Shown here: positions 51,005-64,000 of the stretch, one piece after another | How the letters are laid out: every line of letters starts with the position of its first letter | Numbering within the stretch: the first letter of the stretch is position 1 | Position numbers and translations under genes: made by a program | Notes under the pieces: model-generated | Seen by the model: only the letters and a program-made list of their open reading frames with translations | Told to the model about the DNA's origin: nothing | The model's database searches: none | Assembly: GCF_006345805.1 (NCBI RefSeq) | Contig: NC_043006.1 | Span: forward strand, 35,464,001-35,528,000 | Direction of reading: 5' to 3' | Length of the DNA: 64,000 bases | Source: Octopus sinensis | Lineage: Eukaryota

Positions 51005-51280
51005 CACGGCTCAATTTGTACTCAGAACGTAAAGACAGACGAAATACCTATTTCTTTACTGCCCACAAAGGTCTACACACAGAGGGGACAAACAAGGGCA
51101 GACAAAGGGATTAAGTCGATTATATCTACCCCAGTGCGTAACTGGTACTTAATTTATCGACCCCGAAAGGATGAAAGGCAAAATCGACCTCGGCGGAATT
51201 TGAACTCAGAATATAACGGCAGACGAAATACGGCTACGCATTTCGTCCGGCGTGCTAACGTTGCTGCCAGCGCGCCGCAA
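51005..51280 (-). mobile_element. Family N SINE, 1.3-mer
   Basis: Head at ~51278, body, tail alpha, then the junction into a second body. Confidence 0.9.
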
Positions 51281-51611
51281 TAATTATTGCAAGGGTATTG
51301 CAATACTTAATTAACTGCTAATTACAAGGACAGACTCATACACACAAACAAAATCATAAATATTTTTACGTAAATACACAGACATATACGTAAATATAGG
51401 TAGATATATACATGTGTGCATATATGTGTGTGTGTGTTTGTAGTACAATCAGCAATAACAAATACTTGATACAGTATTATATGTTTGAAAAAAATGAATG
51501 GAAATGACTTTTGTGTTAAATTTGGCACTTTAATATTTAAATGCTTAAAAATTATTAGACGTTTGCGAAACGATTTGCATTGGTTTATGAGCATCTCACT
51601 ATTGAAGTGGA

Positions 51612-51884
51612 AATATTAACAGAAAAGACAATAGGAACAAAACCAGCCTAGCAAAATATGTCTGGGAACTAAAAGAAAAGGAAGCCCCACCTTTCAACGT
51701 GACATGGAGCATTCTGGACAGGGCGGCACCATACAGGCATGGAGCTTACAAATATAATTTCAAGTGCAGACTTTGCCTATTAGAAAAAATGTACATCTTA
51801 TTCAAAGACAATAATTCTTTGAATCAAAGAAGTGAGTTAATGAACTTATGTAGGCACGCGGCTAATTTAAAATGTCGAATATAA
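51612..51884 (+). pseudogene. Penelope-like (Neptune-type) GIY-YIG endonuclease C-terminal fragment
   Basis: Open frame ..NKTSLAKYVWELKEKEAPPFNVTWSILDRAAPYRHG..CRLCLLEKMYIL..LNQRSELMNLCRH fits the PLE TxLSxxIWxLK..WxI..CxLCxxEK..LNxRxE..CRH pattern. Confidence 0.85.
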
Positions 51885-52899
51885 ATATACCATATGGATA
51901 GAGTATATATTTTGTATTTTTGATTTTTGATTTTTGATTTTGACTCTTGAGCGCTACGATGGATTTTGATTCTGTTTCCAAGCTACGCGGATCTTAATCC
52001 GTATAGCAAAGTCTTATGTTTCAACATATATATTAGGAAAAACCTACAAACTTTGTTTTCATGTTATTGTATTGCATAGGATTACCTTGATTATTTATAT
52101 TACCTTGATTATTTATAAATGACCCAAAATAGGATGTTATATTTTATTTTATATGTCTTTCGTATATATTTTTATTAATGCACCCATTTTTAAAAGCAAT
52201 GTTTTTTAAAAAAAGCAATGTTGTCAAAATTAGAATGTTTATATAAGTATGTGTATAGCAAAGCATATGTATTTGTAAGCATGCGTATCTGTGTATGTGT
52301 AAGTGAAAGTATGCTTGTGCTTAAGCACACATATACACGACGGTATGTATATGTATCCATTCAAACTTGTGTATGTATACTGGTCTCTATAGATGCCAAT
52401 AACATCGTTACAAGTTTTTCCCCCACCCCTCCTTCGTTCCTTTTTCTCTCTTTCCCTTTCTTTCGTTCCCCCTCCTTGCTCAGTATATGAGAATTGCTAC
52501 ATAGATGAATTTTAGCTAGCGTGCGAGACGGTTTGCGTGAGTATATGTACACATGCTTTTATGTGTATATTTAGATTCATATTCATACGTCTGTATATGT
52601 ATGTATGGCGTTTACGCGCATCCTTTTGTGTATGTTGATATATATATGTAGATTTTAATATAAATATGTATTGCAGTATTTATAACAGGTTTAATTTCTA
52701 TGCATTAATTTGCACTGTCTTCATTAACGTCAATAGGTTTTTTCCTCGGATTTTATAATTTTTATAAGTTTTTTTATATATATATACATATATTTTTGAC
52801 CTTTTTGTTTATCGCTCGAAGATTGACCGTTTTTTCTAAAGGCCAATCAAACAAGTCCATTTCTTTTTAAAGGTGTAGCGTTTGTAAGAGTATAGATTG

Positions 52900-53000
52900 A
52901 ATTGATATATCAGTTCCATTCTAGCAAAAACTGTCTGATGAACGGCAACGAGAAACTCAGAGTAACAGATTTTGTTGAATTTTCTGCTGCTTAAAATAAA

Positions 53001-53003
<3 letters not shown>
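52900..53003 (+). mobile_element. Family D element with type-I hammerhead at 52927-52973
   Basis: AAAACUGU-CUGAUGA-ACG(gcaa)CGA-GAA-ACUC-A-GAGU-A-ACAGAUUUU; ends at (TA)n. Confidence 0.8.
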
Positions 53004-53033
<30 letters not shown>

Positions 53034-53035
<2 letters not shown>

Positions 53036-53228
53036 TGACCGCGTGTGTACCGTTGGCGATTTTTCCCTCTGCCTTCCCTTCTTTGGATTTTCCTTTTCCT
53101 ATGTTTCTAACTAAGAGCTCCGCTCGAAACATTAAACCCCCCTCATTCCTTCTTTCCTGACCGTCCAATAATACTATACTTGTTCCACGTCCTCGCGTTG
53201 TTGTGTTTTCATGGTTGGATTAACTATA
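53034..53228 (+). mobile_element. Family C2 element with decayed hammerhead at 53103-53137
   Basis: GUUU-CUAACUA-A-GAGC(ucc)GCUC-GAAAC-AUU-AAAC; (TA)n on both sides. Confidence 0.75.
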
Positions 53229-53236
53229 TATATATA

Positions 53237-53271
<35 letters not shown>

Positions 53272-53274
<3 letters not shown>

Positions 53275-53445
53275 CAAATTTACAGAAAGCAGATGATGGA
53301 GACAGGTGAAAGAATAATAAGCATGTGTGTTAGTCTAACGTTTGGGAGGAATGGAAAAGTCTTTTATGTTTCGTGCCAAGGCTCTTCTACTGGAAAGATT
53401 GAGATAAAAGAAATGGAAAACGAAAGAGAAGAATAAATAGACAGA
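53272..53445 (-). mobile_element. Family B element, degraded
   Basis: Minus strand agaagagccttggcacgaaacataaaagacttttcc. Confidence 0.65.
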
Positions 53446-53503
53446 AAAATGTATAGGAAATAACGTATAGGAAATAACGAATAATGTATCTGTCTCATTT
53501 TAA

Positions 53504-53539
<36 letters not shown>

Positions 53540-53544
53540 TTTTG

Positions 53545-53720
53545 AGGTTATGTTTGTCTTCCTATTATCGCTTGACAACCAATGTTGGTGTGATTACGTC
53601 CCTGTAACTTAGTGGTTCGGTAAAAGAGACCGATAGAATAAGCACCATGCTTGCAAAAAACATGTCCTGGAGTCAATGGCCGTAGTCAAATGACCGAAAC
53701 ACGGAAAAGAATAAAAGAAT
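53545..53720 (+). mobile_element. Family C SINE 3' half
   Basis: tcgcttgacaacc..ggttcggtaaaagagaccgatagaataag..gaaacacggaaaagaataaaagaat. Confidence 0.85.
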
Positions 53721-53780
53721 ATATTAATAGTGCCTTGTAACACCGAGAAAAAAACGCTATAACTCGTAAAAAATACCAAG

Positions 53781-54070
53781 GGACTCTATAGTTGTGACTA
53801 TAGAGACCTTGCTCATTTATCCAAGCATGTTAAGGCGAATTATATCGGGTTATGTGAGGATGAATCCAAGTGACGTTAAGGAAACCACCTATCTTCCACA
53901 CCATGTACAATTAAGTGGAGAATAGTGGAGAAATGGAAGCCATTTATTCATGGATCTAAGAGATGCGTTACACCTCATATTCTTCTTAGATCCAATAATT
54001 CCAACACACTGCTTAAAATGTAGATCTGAAATTTTTACCTGGTGTAAACACATGGACAAATTTCTTTAAC
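53781..54070 (+). pseudogene. Second Penelope-like GIY-YIG endonuclease relic, internally deleted
   Basis: GLY..NYIGLCEDESK*R*GNHLSS..IKWRIVEKWKPFIHGSKRC..(frameshift)RSEIFTWCKHMDKFL. Confidence 0.7.
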
Positions 54071-54760
54071 CAAATTGGAGAGCACCATCGCTTCGGACTG
54101 AGTTTGCTATCTCGCAAGCTTTGACATATTTTCTGTTATTTCGTTCCATAACAATCTGTAGAAAAACAGTTATATAAAAGCTCATCAAGTACAGTGGTAT
54201 TTAACGAGCTTTCTGCAATCAAAGAGAATGAGAATCTTAGTTTTCTTGATATCGTTTATTTTTATCGTTGTATTTTATGCACCACATTTCTTCACGTTTC
54301 TTACAGGATTTTTCTTTTCTCAATATCTAGCGTCCTTGGTTTTAAAATATATATGACGCATAAATAAAGCCCGAAACACTGCATGGAGATACATGTCGTA
54401 TTTTATAAACATACCAGATCATGTATCATAAGAGCATGAAACTATCAGTATCTCTCTCGGTTCTATATGAAAGTCATTTATATATATATGCCTACATACA
54501 TACACACGAATGTTTTCTGCACATCAGATCCACTCACAAGGCTTTGGTCGCGCAAGGTTATAGCAGAAGATACTTAATGTGACACACAGTAAGATTGAAC
54601 CCAGAGCCCTGTGGTTGAGAAGCCAAATGCTTAACATACAGCCACGCCTCTATGCCCGTGTTTGTGTGTGTGTTCATACAATTGTATATACATATTAATG
54701 ACTATGTATATGTATATATGTCCACACACTCATATATATACATATATATATATATATACA

Positions 54761-54802
<42 letters not shown>

Positions 54803-55278
54803 CGGGTAGAGGAAGCGTTGGTGGGTTGAGAGACGGAGAGAGACAGTCCGTTTATTACTGAAGCGAAAGCTACTTAATATTTCAGTGTAGATACGGGACT
54901 ACTCTTCAACATGTCACCTAACCGACATATTGCTGCAGTCCTGCTATAATATATGACATGAACAAATTCTCATTGCCCTTGAAATAACATTTCATGACCT
55001 CTTTTCGTGTCTTTAAGGTCACAGTCAATATTCTGTTTGTCGCATCTACCTGTCTGTCTCCAGCTGTTTCAGCTGCTTATGTTTATTTTGTCGTTTCTTT
55101 TTCTGTCTTTTATTCTTTTCTCTTCTTCTACTTTTACTTTCAGTTTGATTCACTTCACGTGCATTACCTGCGCTGCTGCCTTATTGCTATTTTTGACTCT
55201 TTAAATAAATAAATAAATATATATATATACATATATATATATATAGAGAGAGAGATAGAGAGAGAGAGAAAGTGAATG

Positions 55279-55335
<57 letters not shown>

Positions 55336-55483
55336 CACGCACGTACATACCGATTCTGTCTCTCTGATCGCTCTCTCTCTCTAACTTTCTCGACTAAGCC
55401 TCTGTTTTTCTATATGTATATACACTTTCTTCTCGATGTTTCCTTGTATTGCTTTATCTGTCTTTCACTCACAACACACACAC

Positions 55484-55549
<66 letters not shown>

Positions 55550-55884
55550 TCAAACAAACAAATAGACAAACGCACACACAGACAAACACCACTGTCTCTC
55601 TTTCTTGCCGTTTGTCTGTCATATACGCTGCCTCGCGCCAAGCCCTCTCACACTAGGATCAAACACTCATCACTTCTCTTTAAATACCGTATTTTATGGC
55701 ATGCAACTGACCCTTTCTGCCAAAATATACCTCAAAAACCACCCCGGATCCCATATCCGGAATTGTTTTGAATTTTAAAAGCTTTAATGCACCAGAAACA
55801 TTTTTTCCGTATATATGCTGCTGAAATTGGTGTGTGCCTTATAAGCATGTGCGTATTTGGTGCCACTAAATACAGTATCGCTAA

Positions 55885-56495
55885 TATCGATTTAGAATTT
55901 GGGCACAAGGTCAACAATTTTGATGGAGGAGGTTGGCCGATTACACATCAGTGTTTGACTGGTGCTTATTTTATCGAAACTGGAAGGATGAACGGTGAAG
56001 TCGTCGTCGGCAGAAATTGACCTCAGAACTTAAAGACAGACGAAATACCTTTAAGCATTTACCCGACCTGTTAACGATTCTTATTTTTTTATTGCCCACA
56101 AGGGGCTAAACATTGAGAGGAGAAACAAGGACAGATAAAGAGATTAAGTCGATTACATTGACCCATGCGTAACTGGTATTTAATTTATCGATCCCGAAAG
56201 GATGATGGAGAAAGTAGACCTCGGTGGAATTTGAACTCAGAACCTAATGCCAGACGAAATACCTATTTCTTTACTACCCACAAGGGGCTAAACACAGAGG
56301 GAACAAACAAGGACAGACAAACGGATTAAGTCGATTATATCGACCCCAGTGCGTAACTGGTACTTAATTTATAGACCCCGAAAGTATGAAAGGCAAAGTC
56401 GACCTCGGCGGAATTTGAACTCAGAATGTAACGGCAGACGAAATACGGCTACGTATTTCGCCCGGCGTGCTAACGTTTCTGCCAGCTTGCCACCT
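55885..56495 (-). mobile_element. Family N SINE array with three bodies
   Basis: Head at ~56495; two tail-alpha units with a gaaatacctatttctttactaccc junction at ~56260; an older copy at the left. Confidence 0.9.
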
Positions 56496-57124
56496 TAATA
56501 CTGGAAATTAATATTAGCCATTCCTGTTCTTTTGCGTTCGTTCTTTTAATGTTAAGACGTGTGGATTAGTATTTAGAGGTGTAACGCTGATGGTTTTGAT
56601 CCCCAGATGCGGTGATGCGTTTTAATCAGGATCAAAACTTTTCACGCTGCTGTATTTCACTGATGTCCAACAATAGACTTTTGCTCATTTTATTGGTGCA
56701 GGATGTTGTCAGATGATCGATATTGTCTATGTATGTTATAGTGTGTAGATACACGAGGAAACTTTTACGTAGTCCCTCGATCTGTTAGAAAACAATAAGC
56801 AAAACCTCTGTCAAATTATATCATACTGCCTAAATAATTTGAAGCACAGAATTTTAGGATAACAATTTGCAGGCAAATTATGTTTGTAAAGATTAAAGCG
56901 CTTGATTCAACTGTTAATGATGTGCTGTGATGTAAAGTGACAAAAAAAAAAACATCATTTATTTTAACTAGATGCTTAATTACGGAGATTAAAGGAATTT
57001 GACTTTGCGAAAAGAACTTACAAACAATATATGTTTCACCAAACTAGACGAGAAAACAAAATGGCGGGGTACACTAGAAACGCTTGCGCGTGCGCTTCTA
57101 TTTTTTTTTTTTTATTTTATTTCA

Positions 57125-57300
57125 GTGGACTGGTGATTAGTATATTGCGCTCACTGTTTCGAAATCAAAGTTTCGATTCCATGTCCGGGTGTGGGTTGCG
57201 TTTTTGACCAAATCCCATAAGTTCACCTAGCATCATTCCACTCAGCTGTAAATGCCTAATCCTGCGACAGATTGGCGTTCTGTTCAGAGGGACTCGAGAC
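57125..57300 (+). mobile_element. Family M SINE, degraded
   Basis: agtggactggtgattagtatattgcgctcac..ttcgattcc..ccactcagctgtaaatg. Confidence 0.65.
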
Positions 57301-57920
57301 TTTATTGCCCAGGGTTCGTTGTCACTGTTGTTGACGACACAACGACGACGATGATGATGATGATAATGATGATGACGAGGACGATAGTGATGATGATTCG
57401 AAATAACTCCCCTAGCAGAAACCAATACTCAAAAAAGTGGGTCAGTCTTTAACCTACTCTACTTGGTGAATAGTAAATTTGATCACAGCAGGGCTCATAC
57501 TTCCGAAAGCAAAAGGAAGTATTAAGACTCCCTGAAGACATTTCAGTTGGCATTCTGTCGGTTCTACAAATCCGACGCTATATTGTTTTCAATATTTACC
57601 AAACTCAAAACATAAGCACTCCACTGCTTTTGGCACTCCACTCCGCATTCCTGGAATTAAACGCTCTATACATCGATATATCATATTTTTCCATAATAAT
57701 AGCCTAAACATCCATGTCTACAACATCAAACAGTTGATAATAGAGCAGGAGGGGTTGATTAGGGGGTATTAAAATGAGAGGAGCAGTGAGAGGAAGACAA
57801 AGAAACAACATTGGCTACTTTTTATCATTGCTTTGCTTTCTCTTTGTTCTCTATAATTTATCTTGGCTTATTTCCCCATTACACACACACACAAACACTC
57901 ATGTATATATACATATATAA

Positions 57921-57979
<59 letters not shown>

Positions 57980-57982
57980 TAA

Positions 57983-58032
<50 letters not shown>

Positions 58033-58457
58033 ACATATATATACAAAGATATAGATATATAGGGGCACACAACTAAAGACACACACATAGATACATGCAT
58101 ACACACACACACAATCACACACACACACATACACACACACATGCACACACATATATATATATATTCATATATACATGATTACATTACATACATGCGTACG
58201 TACGTACATACATGGTTATACTTATACACTAATCTACCTAAATAAGCACACATATAAGTATATACATAAATATTTATAGACTTTTTAAATGTGTTTCGGC
58301 GGATGTTTTTGCATGGTGAATTATATATATTTTGCACTGTATATTTAGTTTTACGAAAACATACGCATATATTTACTATTTGAAATAACTCTATCACCAT
58401 AGCTATGAACGTATCAACCTACTGACTACATGCCTAACCTACACAACAAACCTACAC

Positions 58458-58515
<58 letters not shown>

Positions 58516-58529
58516 ATCTATCTATCTAC

Positions 58530-58593
<64 letters not shown>

Positions 58594-58625
58594 ATATCTA
58601 TCTATCTATCTACCTATCTATCTAC
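58458..58625. repeat. (ATCT)n microsatellite
   Basis: Directly visible. Confidence 0.97.
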
Positions 58626-59424
58626 CTTTCTTTCTTTCTTTCTACCTTTCTTGCTTCCTTCCTCTCTTTGTGTCTACTGGTGAGTTTGTCTGCTTATCTC
58701 TATACTTTATGACATACTTCTTTATCAATTTATTCATACCTTTGTATATATACTTCCTAATCTATGTCTAAAAATTTGTATGTGATTATCTTTCTTGATA
58801 GCTATATAATACTACTTTTCAGTTATGTACGCATTTCATGTTAAAATACGAAGTATACATATTGTTATTTAAGTACAAACACCCACACTTAATAAAGTGA
58901 GTATTACAAATATTATATTGTATATTTTATATACAAGATGTTAAATCGTATTTATAGAAAATTCAATAATAACAAAATCCTTAAAAAATGTTTTTATCTT
59001 AAGTAATTTTTGTATAAATATAATGCAACATCTTGTGTTTATAATATAATGCGTCTGAAGGGGGTTAAGTAATTTGAAACGCCGGTTTAATCACACGTCT
59101 TATATTTGAATAGAATATCTACTAATATCTGTATTATTTACCTCCTTTCTTTATCTATTCATATACCTATAACTATACATGTATTTGTTTACCGACTTAT
59201 CCCTCTCCTTTAATACACACACACACGCACATATACATATATATATATATGTATGTGTATAGGTATATATGTATGAATGGAGAGAGAGAGAAAGAAAGAA
59301 AGAGAGAGATACATATGTATATACATTTATAGTTATACCCGTACATATAAATACATATATATATATATATACATATATATATACATATATATATACATAC
59401 ATATACATATATACATACATATAC

Positions 59425-59507
<83 letters not shown>

Positions 59508-60235
59508 CGAGGCGGGCTTCAATAATGATTTATTTTCCTTTTGGCACAAATAGAGATTTATAAAAGAAACAGAAGGAAATGATATAATCAATATAAAACC
59601 TTCCAGTTTATTTCTGATTTCTGGCAGTCGTTGATTTTTATCTCTACTTTAGAAGCTTTAATGTTTAAGCAGTAATTTTAGTAAATTGAGGTACCGAATT
59701 AGAGACTGTTGCTAACTGAGTTGTCTCGGCTTTGTCAGTGGAAATGATGCTGACAAAAACGATTTATGAATGTCGGAGGAGTATGGAGGCATTACAAAAT
59801 TTGATGAGAAGATGGTGTTCGCTGGACATCATGGAAAGCAGAAAGCATTTCTGAAAACGATCAGAACAATGGGTGCATGAGTATTTATGTGCAGCTATGA
59901 GAGGGGACAGCCAGTGAGGAAATGAGTGAAAAAGAAGGGCAGAGAAAGTGCGTTGGTTCGTGTGTATGAGTGTGTGCGTGCGTGTATGTCTGAGTCTTAC
60001 GAAAAGTGTGTTCAATTTTCGATTTATCATAACAAATTACAAAATAAATCTTTACTGTTACCCTGAGGGCGACAAAAAGCAAAAAATTAATTTATCATTA
60101 TTTCTGATTATTAATCACTTGTTTTCGTGTAACTCTTCTGACACAGAGCGCGATAAGATTAATTAAACTCTTAGATCTCGATAATGAGATAGAGAGCTTG
60201 GCTTTATTGCTATAAGTGTCATTATTTCTATTACG

Positions 60236-60515
60236 TTTTTATCTTTTATCTTTTAATTGTTTCAGTCACTTGACCGCGGCCATGCTGGGGCACCGCCTTG
60301 AAGATCATTTAGTCGAATGAATTGACCCCAGTACGTTTTGTTTCTAAAGCCTGGTACCTACTTTTTATCGTTCTGTTTTGCCGAACCGCCTAGTTAGGGA
60401 GACGCAAAAACACCAATACTGGAAATCAAGCTGTGGTGGGGGACAAACACAAACACAAAGACACACACATACAGATACACACACACACACACATACATAT
60501 ATATATATTTATATA

Positions 60516-60582
<67 letters not shown>

Positions 60583-60748
60583 ATATACTATGAGCTTCTT
60601 TCAGTTTCTACCTATCAAATCCACTCACAAGGCTTTGGTCGGCCCGAAACTATAGTAGAAGACACTTGCCCAAGGTGCCACGCAGTGGGGTGACTGAACC
60701 CGCAACCATGTGGTTGAGAGGTAACCCTCCTACCACTCAACCACGCCG
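60236..60748 (-). mobile_element. Family C SINE, full length
   Basis: Tail gcggccatgctggggcaccgcc, body, (CA)(TA)n, CORE-like gacacttgcccaaggtgcca, head. Confidence 0.92.
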
Positions 60749-60803
60749 AGGCCTATTTCATGGTTATTACTACATGGTAATGCTATAGATGGTTGAAACA
60801 AAC

Positions 60804-61190
60804 ACATGGATGTGTAGTTAAGAAGCTTGCTTCCCCTCCACATGGCTCCAGGCTCAGTCCCATCATGTGGCAACTTGAGCAAGTGCCTTCAATTGTAGGT
60901 CCACGTTATATACCTTGTAAGTGAATTTGTTAGACAGAAACTGTGTGGAAGCCCGTCGTACATAATTATATATAAGTATGTCTGTGTGTGCCTTTGCGCC
61001 TTTCTGTCTTTGTGTATGCGTTTGTCGCTTCCACTACTTTTCAGCAGATTTGTAACTGCCCAATAACCCAGCGCTGCGACAAAATAGACCGATAAAATTA
61101 GAAGCAAAATTACAAAGAAATAAGAATAGGCGGATTTTTGGACTAAAACCTTTCAAGATGATGTCCGTAAATGGCCGATTGCTGAAACTA
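60804..61190 (+). mobile_element. Family C SINE, degraded
   Basis: ggatgtgtagttaagaagcttgcttccc..ttgagcaagtg..gaagcccgtcgta. Confidence 0.82.
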
Positions 61191-61439
61191 TTACACGAAA
61201 ATTACGGGTTGTTATTATTGATATTTGTAACTCGAGGAAAGAAGAGAGATCTTACGCTGACATTCGACCCGTCAGAAATTGCAGATTTTGCACCCTAACA
61301 TCTCAAAGAGGCAAGGACGTACCGACTGAATTAGTCGTAGAACTCACTCTGGTTGACTGACGAATCGGATGACCAAAGCTGGAATATCATTGATTATCAG
61401 TCCTAGGGCTAAGCAACTGGTTTCGAGGAAGGAGTCTGC

Positions 61440-61560
61440 ATGAGGTCATTCGGCCTGTTAGAGTTAGCAGTCAGATTTCTTTTAAATCAAACCTTAATAT
61501 CAGCAATTAGGGACACTGGATTATGTAGTCCTAGCTACATTATGCCAGAATAATGATAAA
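61440..61560 (+). repeat. Family R 5' part
   Basis: atgaggtcattcggcctgttagagttagcagtcagattt..ggacactggattatgtagtcctag. Confidence 0.6.
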
Positions 61561-61639
61561 GAAGACATTACGATTTTGGCTCAAATATATATGACCATAA
61601 CAACAATCAGTTGGTTTTTTATATCAATGGAAACCTGAA

Positions 61640-61850
61640 TGCAGTAACTGGTAGAAACGTTATCGCGCAAGACAAAATGCTTCGCGCAATTTCTTACCAG
61701 CTCTAAGTTTTCATTTTAAATGTCGTGAAGGTCGACTCTGCCTTCCATCCCTTAGGACTCGATAAAATAAGTATCAGTTGAGAGCTGGTTCTATGCAACC
61801 AGCTTCCCCGCCCCTTAGAATTTCTTGAGTTGTACTAAAATCAGAAAGAA
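61640..61850 (+). mobile_element. Family N SINE, degraded
   Basis: ggtcgactctgccttccatcccttaggactcgataaaataagtatcag. Confidence 0.8.
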
Positions 61851-61924
61851 TATTAATGGCCACCCCAAGGAAGTGAATGTTGGATTTGATTCCTTATATT
61901 TCAAGATTTTCTTTTCTTTTTGAG

Positions 61925-62130
61925 CACTCCGTCGGTTAGGACGACGAGGATCCCAGCTGATACTATCAACAGAACAGCATACTCGTGAAATTAACGTGTA
62001 AGTGACTGAGTAATCCACAGTCGCGTGTACCCATAACGTAGTTCTCAGGGATATTCAGCGTGACACAGAGTGTGACAAGACTGGCTTCTTTGAAATACAG
62101 GTACAGCACATTTTTGCCAGCTGAGTGGAT
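61925..62130 (-). mobile_element. Family M SINE 3' region
   Basis: Colinear with 26785-27000. Confidence 0.82.
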
Positions 62131-62659
62131 ACAACATAGAAAAACATACAACATAGACAAAGGAAATTATACAGTGCTTAGTATGAAGATCTATTATTTA
62201 CTCTTCTTTCGATTCGGTATATTGAAACTACTTCACGGTAATTGTGTCCCACTATTTTGTCCCTTCTTTTTTGGGACCTGATGGATCAAAATGATGACTT
62301 GTTGCTAAGTTAAATCTTCCATTCTTAAAAAATAAATAAATTCAACAGATTTGAGAATAAAAGCAGAGTCACAATTCCAGATGACGCGTATTTTATCACG
62401 TGATCCAATAATGTTTAATCGATGCATTAAACTTTAGCCTTGAGCATCGAATTAAACGTTTCTTGTTCAGGAGAACCTTGCTTTAAAAGAATATCGTACT
62501 ATCCAGGGAAATATTTTTGCTTCCCTTCGATTAACGCCCCCAACAACCTTAGATAAACACAATATCACTAGGTTTATTCTATTTATTCTAAAACGGTAAT
62601 CTATGAGAAAAAAAATTTTGAATATCCACATTAGCTTCCAAAACCTTTAATCTAGTTAA

Positions 62660-63200
62660 AATGTTGCTGTGTGATGGTATTACTTGTTTGTCATTAATAT
62701 TCTCGTCTCTTTGATATTTTGTTACGACAAAATGCAGAAAATACTTGATGCAAGAGTGACGAACGATTTTCAGTTATTGTGTTTTAAAATATTTAATCAG
62801 ATGTTCTTGATTTCTACGACAGATATGTTGACTCTAAACGAATAGGTAGTTAACACAAGCATTTCGTGAAACAATATATGAATCTTCTTCGATTTGCAAA
62901 GATAATACGGTTGTAACCATGTTTGCTAGTCATAAGATCTCATATACTTCAAATAATATTAGTAGGATTTTATTTTCCAATACCATAGTTTGATAAAATT
63001 ACCTTCAAAGATATTTTTGGATTTCATATAGAATACTGATGTTGATGAAGTCGTCTCTTGAAAGTATTGCCAGTAAAACTAATAAAATCTTTGGAAACTG
63101 TAAATACTTTTGCAGAATAAGCTATCAATTTCGAAAGATATCTAATGGCTAGTTTATGAGGTTAAGTGAGATAAATGAACTATAAATATTAGATGTAGAC
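62660..63200 (-). pseudogene. Possible hAT (Buster/Charlie-type) transposase C-terminal relic
   Basis: Minus-strand fragments LPIRLESTYLS, RSSL and NDKQVIPSH resemble LPFxSTYLCE..RSxL..KQxxxSH; heavily decayed. Confidence 0.35.
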
Positions 63201-64000
63201 AGTTGTTAAGATTTTTATTGTTTATGTTCACTATTTCTGTTTCAAAATAGCGAATAAATTTTACTACTAAAATTTTATAATACTTATGATTCTTTGTAAA
63301 GTTCTTAACTCAAAGATAACATGTTTATCGAAAAGTGTACTTACATTGAGGATGGGTGAGTGGGATATAAAAGCAAATAATTTCAGGTTTATTATTGCTA
63401 TGTGTTTGAGAATTAATATCAGTTATTTAACAAATCTTATCTTTAAACAAGCTGTTATAACACTTCATTGTAAGAGCCTATTTATATATAACAATTAGCT
63501 TGGTGTATGAGTGTGTATATGTGTGTATGAGAGAGAGAGAGACAGAGAGAGAGAGAGAAAGGAAGGGAGAGGGCAAGGAGAGAGACTATCAGTGTGTGCT
63601 TTGTCTGTGTATGTAAGAATAGTGTTCTTATCCGCTTATATTTAGAACTATGTAAAACCAATGCGTTTGTTATACTGTGCTACTTCAAACCTAGAACTAA
63701 ATTAATTTGATAACGATGAATTAAGAATGATGCAGAAATATTTGCTTGACTTGTTCTATTCACCTAACTGCTTAATAGCTATACCCAAGCATGGTCCCAG
63801 CCTAATGAATAAAATCAGTAAAAAGCCGCTATCCTAGATACATGTATGATTAAATTTTTTAAGTATATGATATATTAAGGCGGTTTGCAGATCATTAGGC
63901 TACGCGCTTGGATGGTCGAGCCAGCAGGTCATTGTTCCCTCTTTAAATCAAAGGCTTAGCAATAGCTCAATGTCGACCGCGGAAGAATTTGTACTCAGAA

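Noticed and set aside
1-64000. ORF-track entries rich in YI/HT/CV/MYV/LSIY repeats
   Set aside because: Translations of (TA)n, (CA)n, (TATG)n and (GATA)n microsatellites with no domain or splice support

Overview
AT-rich, microsatellite-saturated, non-coding animal DNA. The repeat content (tRNA-derived CORE-type and Nin/Deu-domain-type SINEs, Penelope-like relics, very high (TA)n/(CA)n/(GATA)n density) points to an octopus-like cephalopod intron or intergenic region; this is an inference. No intact protein-coding gene or complete RNA gene is supported, and most of the supplied ORFs are translations of simple repeats. The window holds dozens of SINE copies from three families, a fourth dispersed repeat, relics of LINEs (CR1-group, RTE, L2-like), Penelope-like GIY-YIG fragments, a deleted DD37D (maT) transposon, mariner/pogo/hAT MITEs and a 1.2-kb tandem duplication. 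The strongest unexplained signal is about 14 type-I hammerhead-ribozyme-like motifs (CUGANGA..stem II..GAAAC..GUH closed by stem I) from about seven short non-coding element families. These mostly abut (TA)n tracts, several are fold-backs, several have an elongated stem II with compensatory changes, and one family carries a fixed core variant. A second signal is a shared 3' tail joined to a LINE relic, a CORE-type SINE, and near-intact tRNA-His and tRNA-Pro 3' halves. All calls were made by eye; repeat boundaries are approximate.
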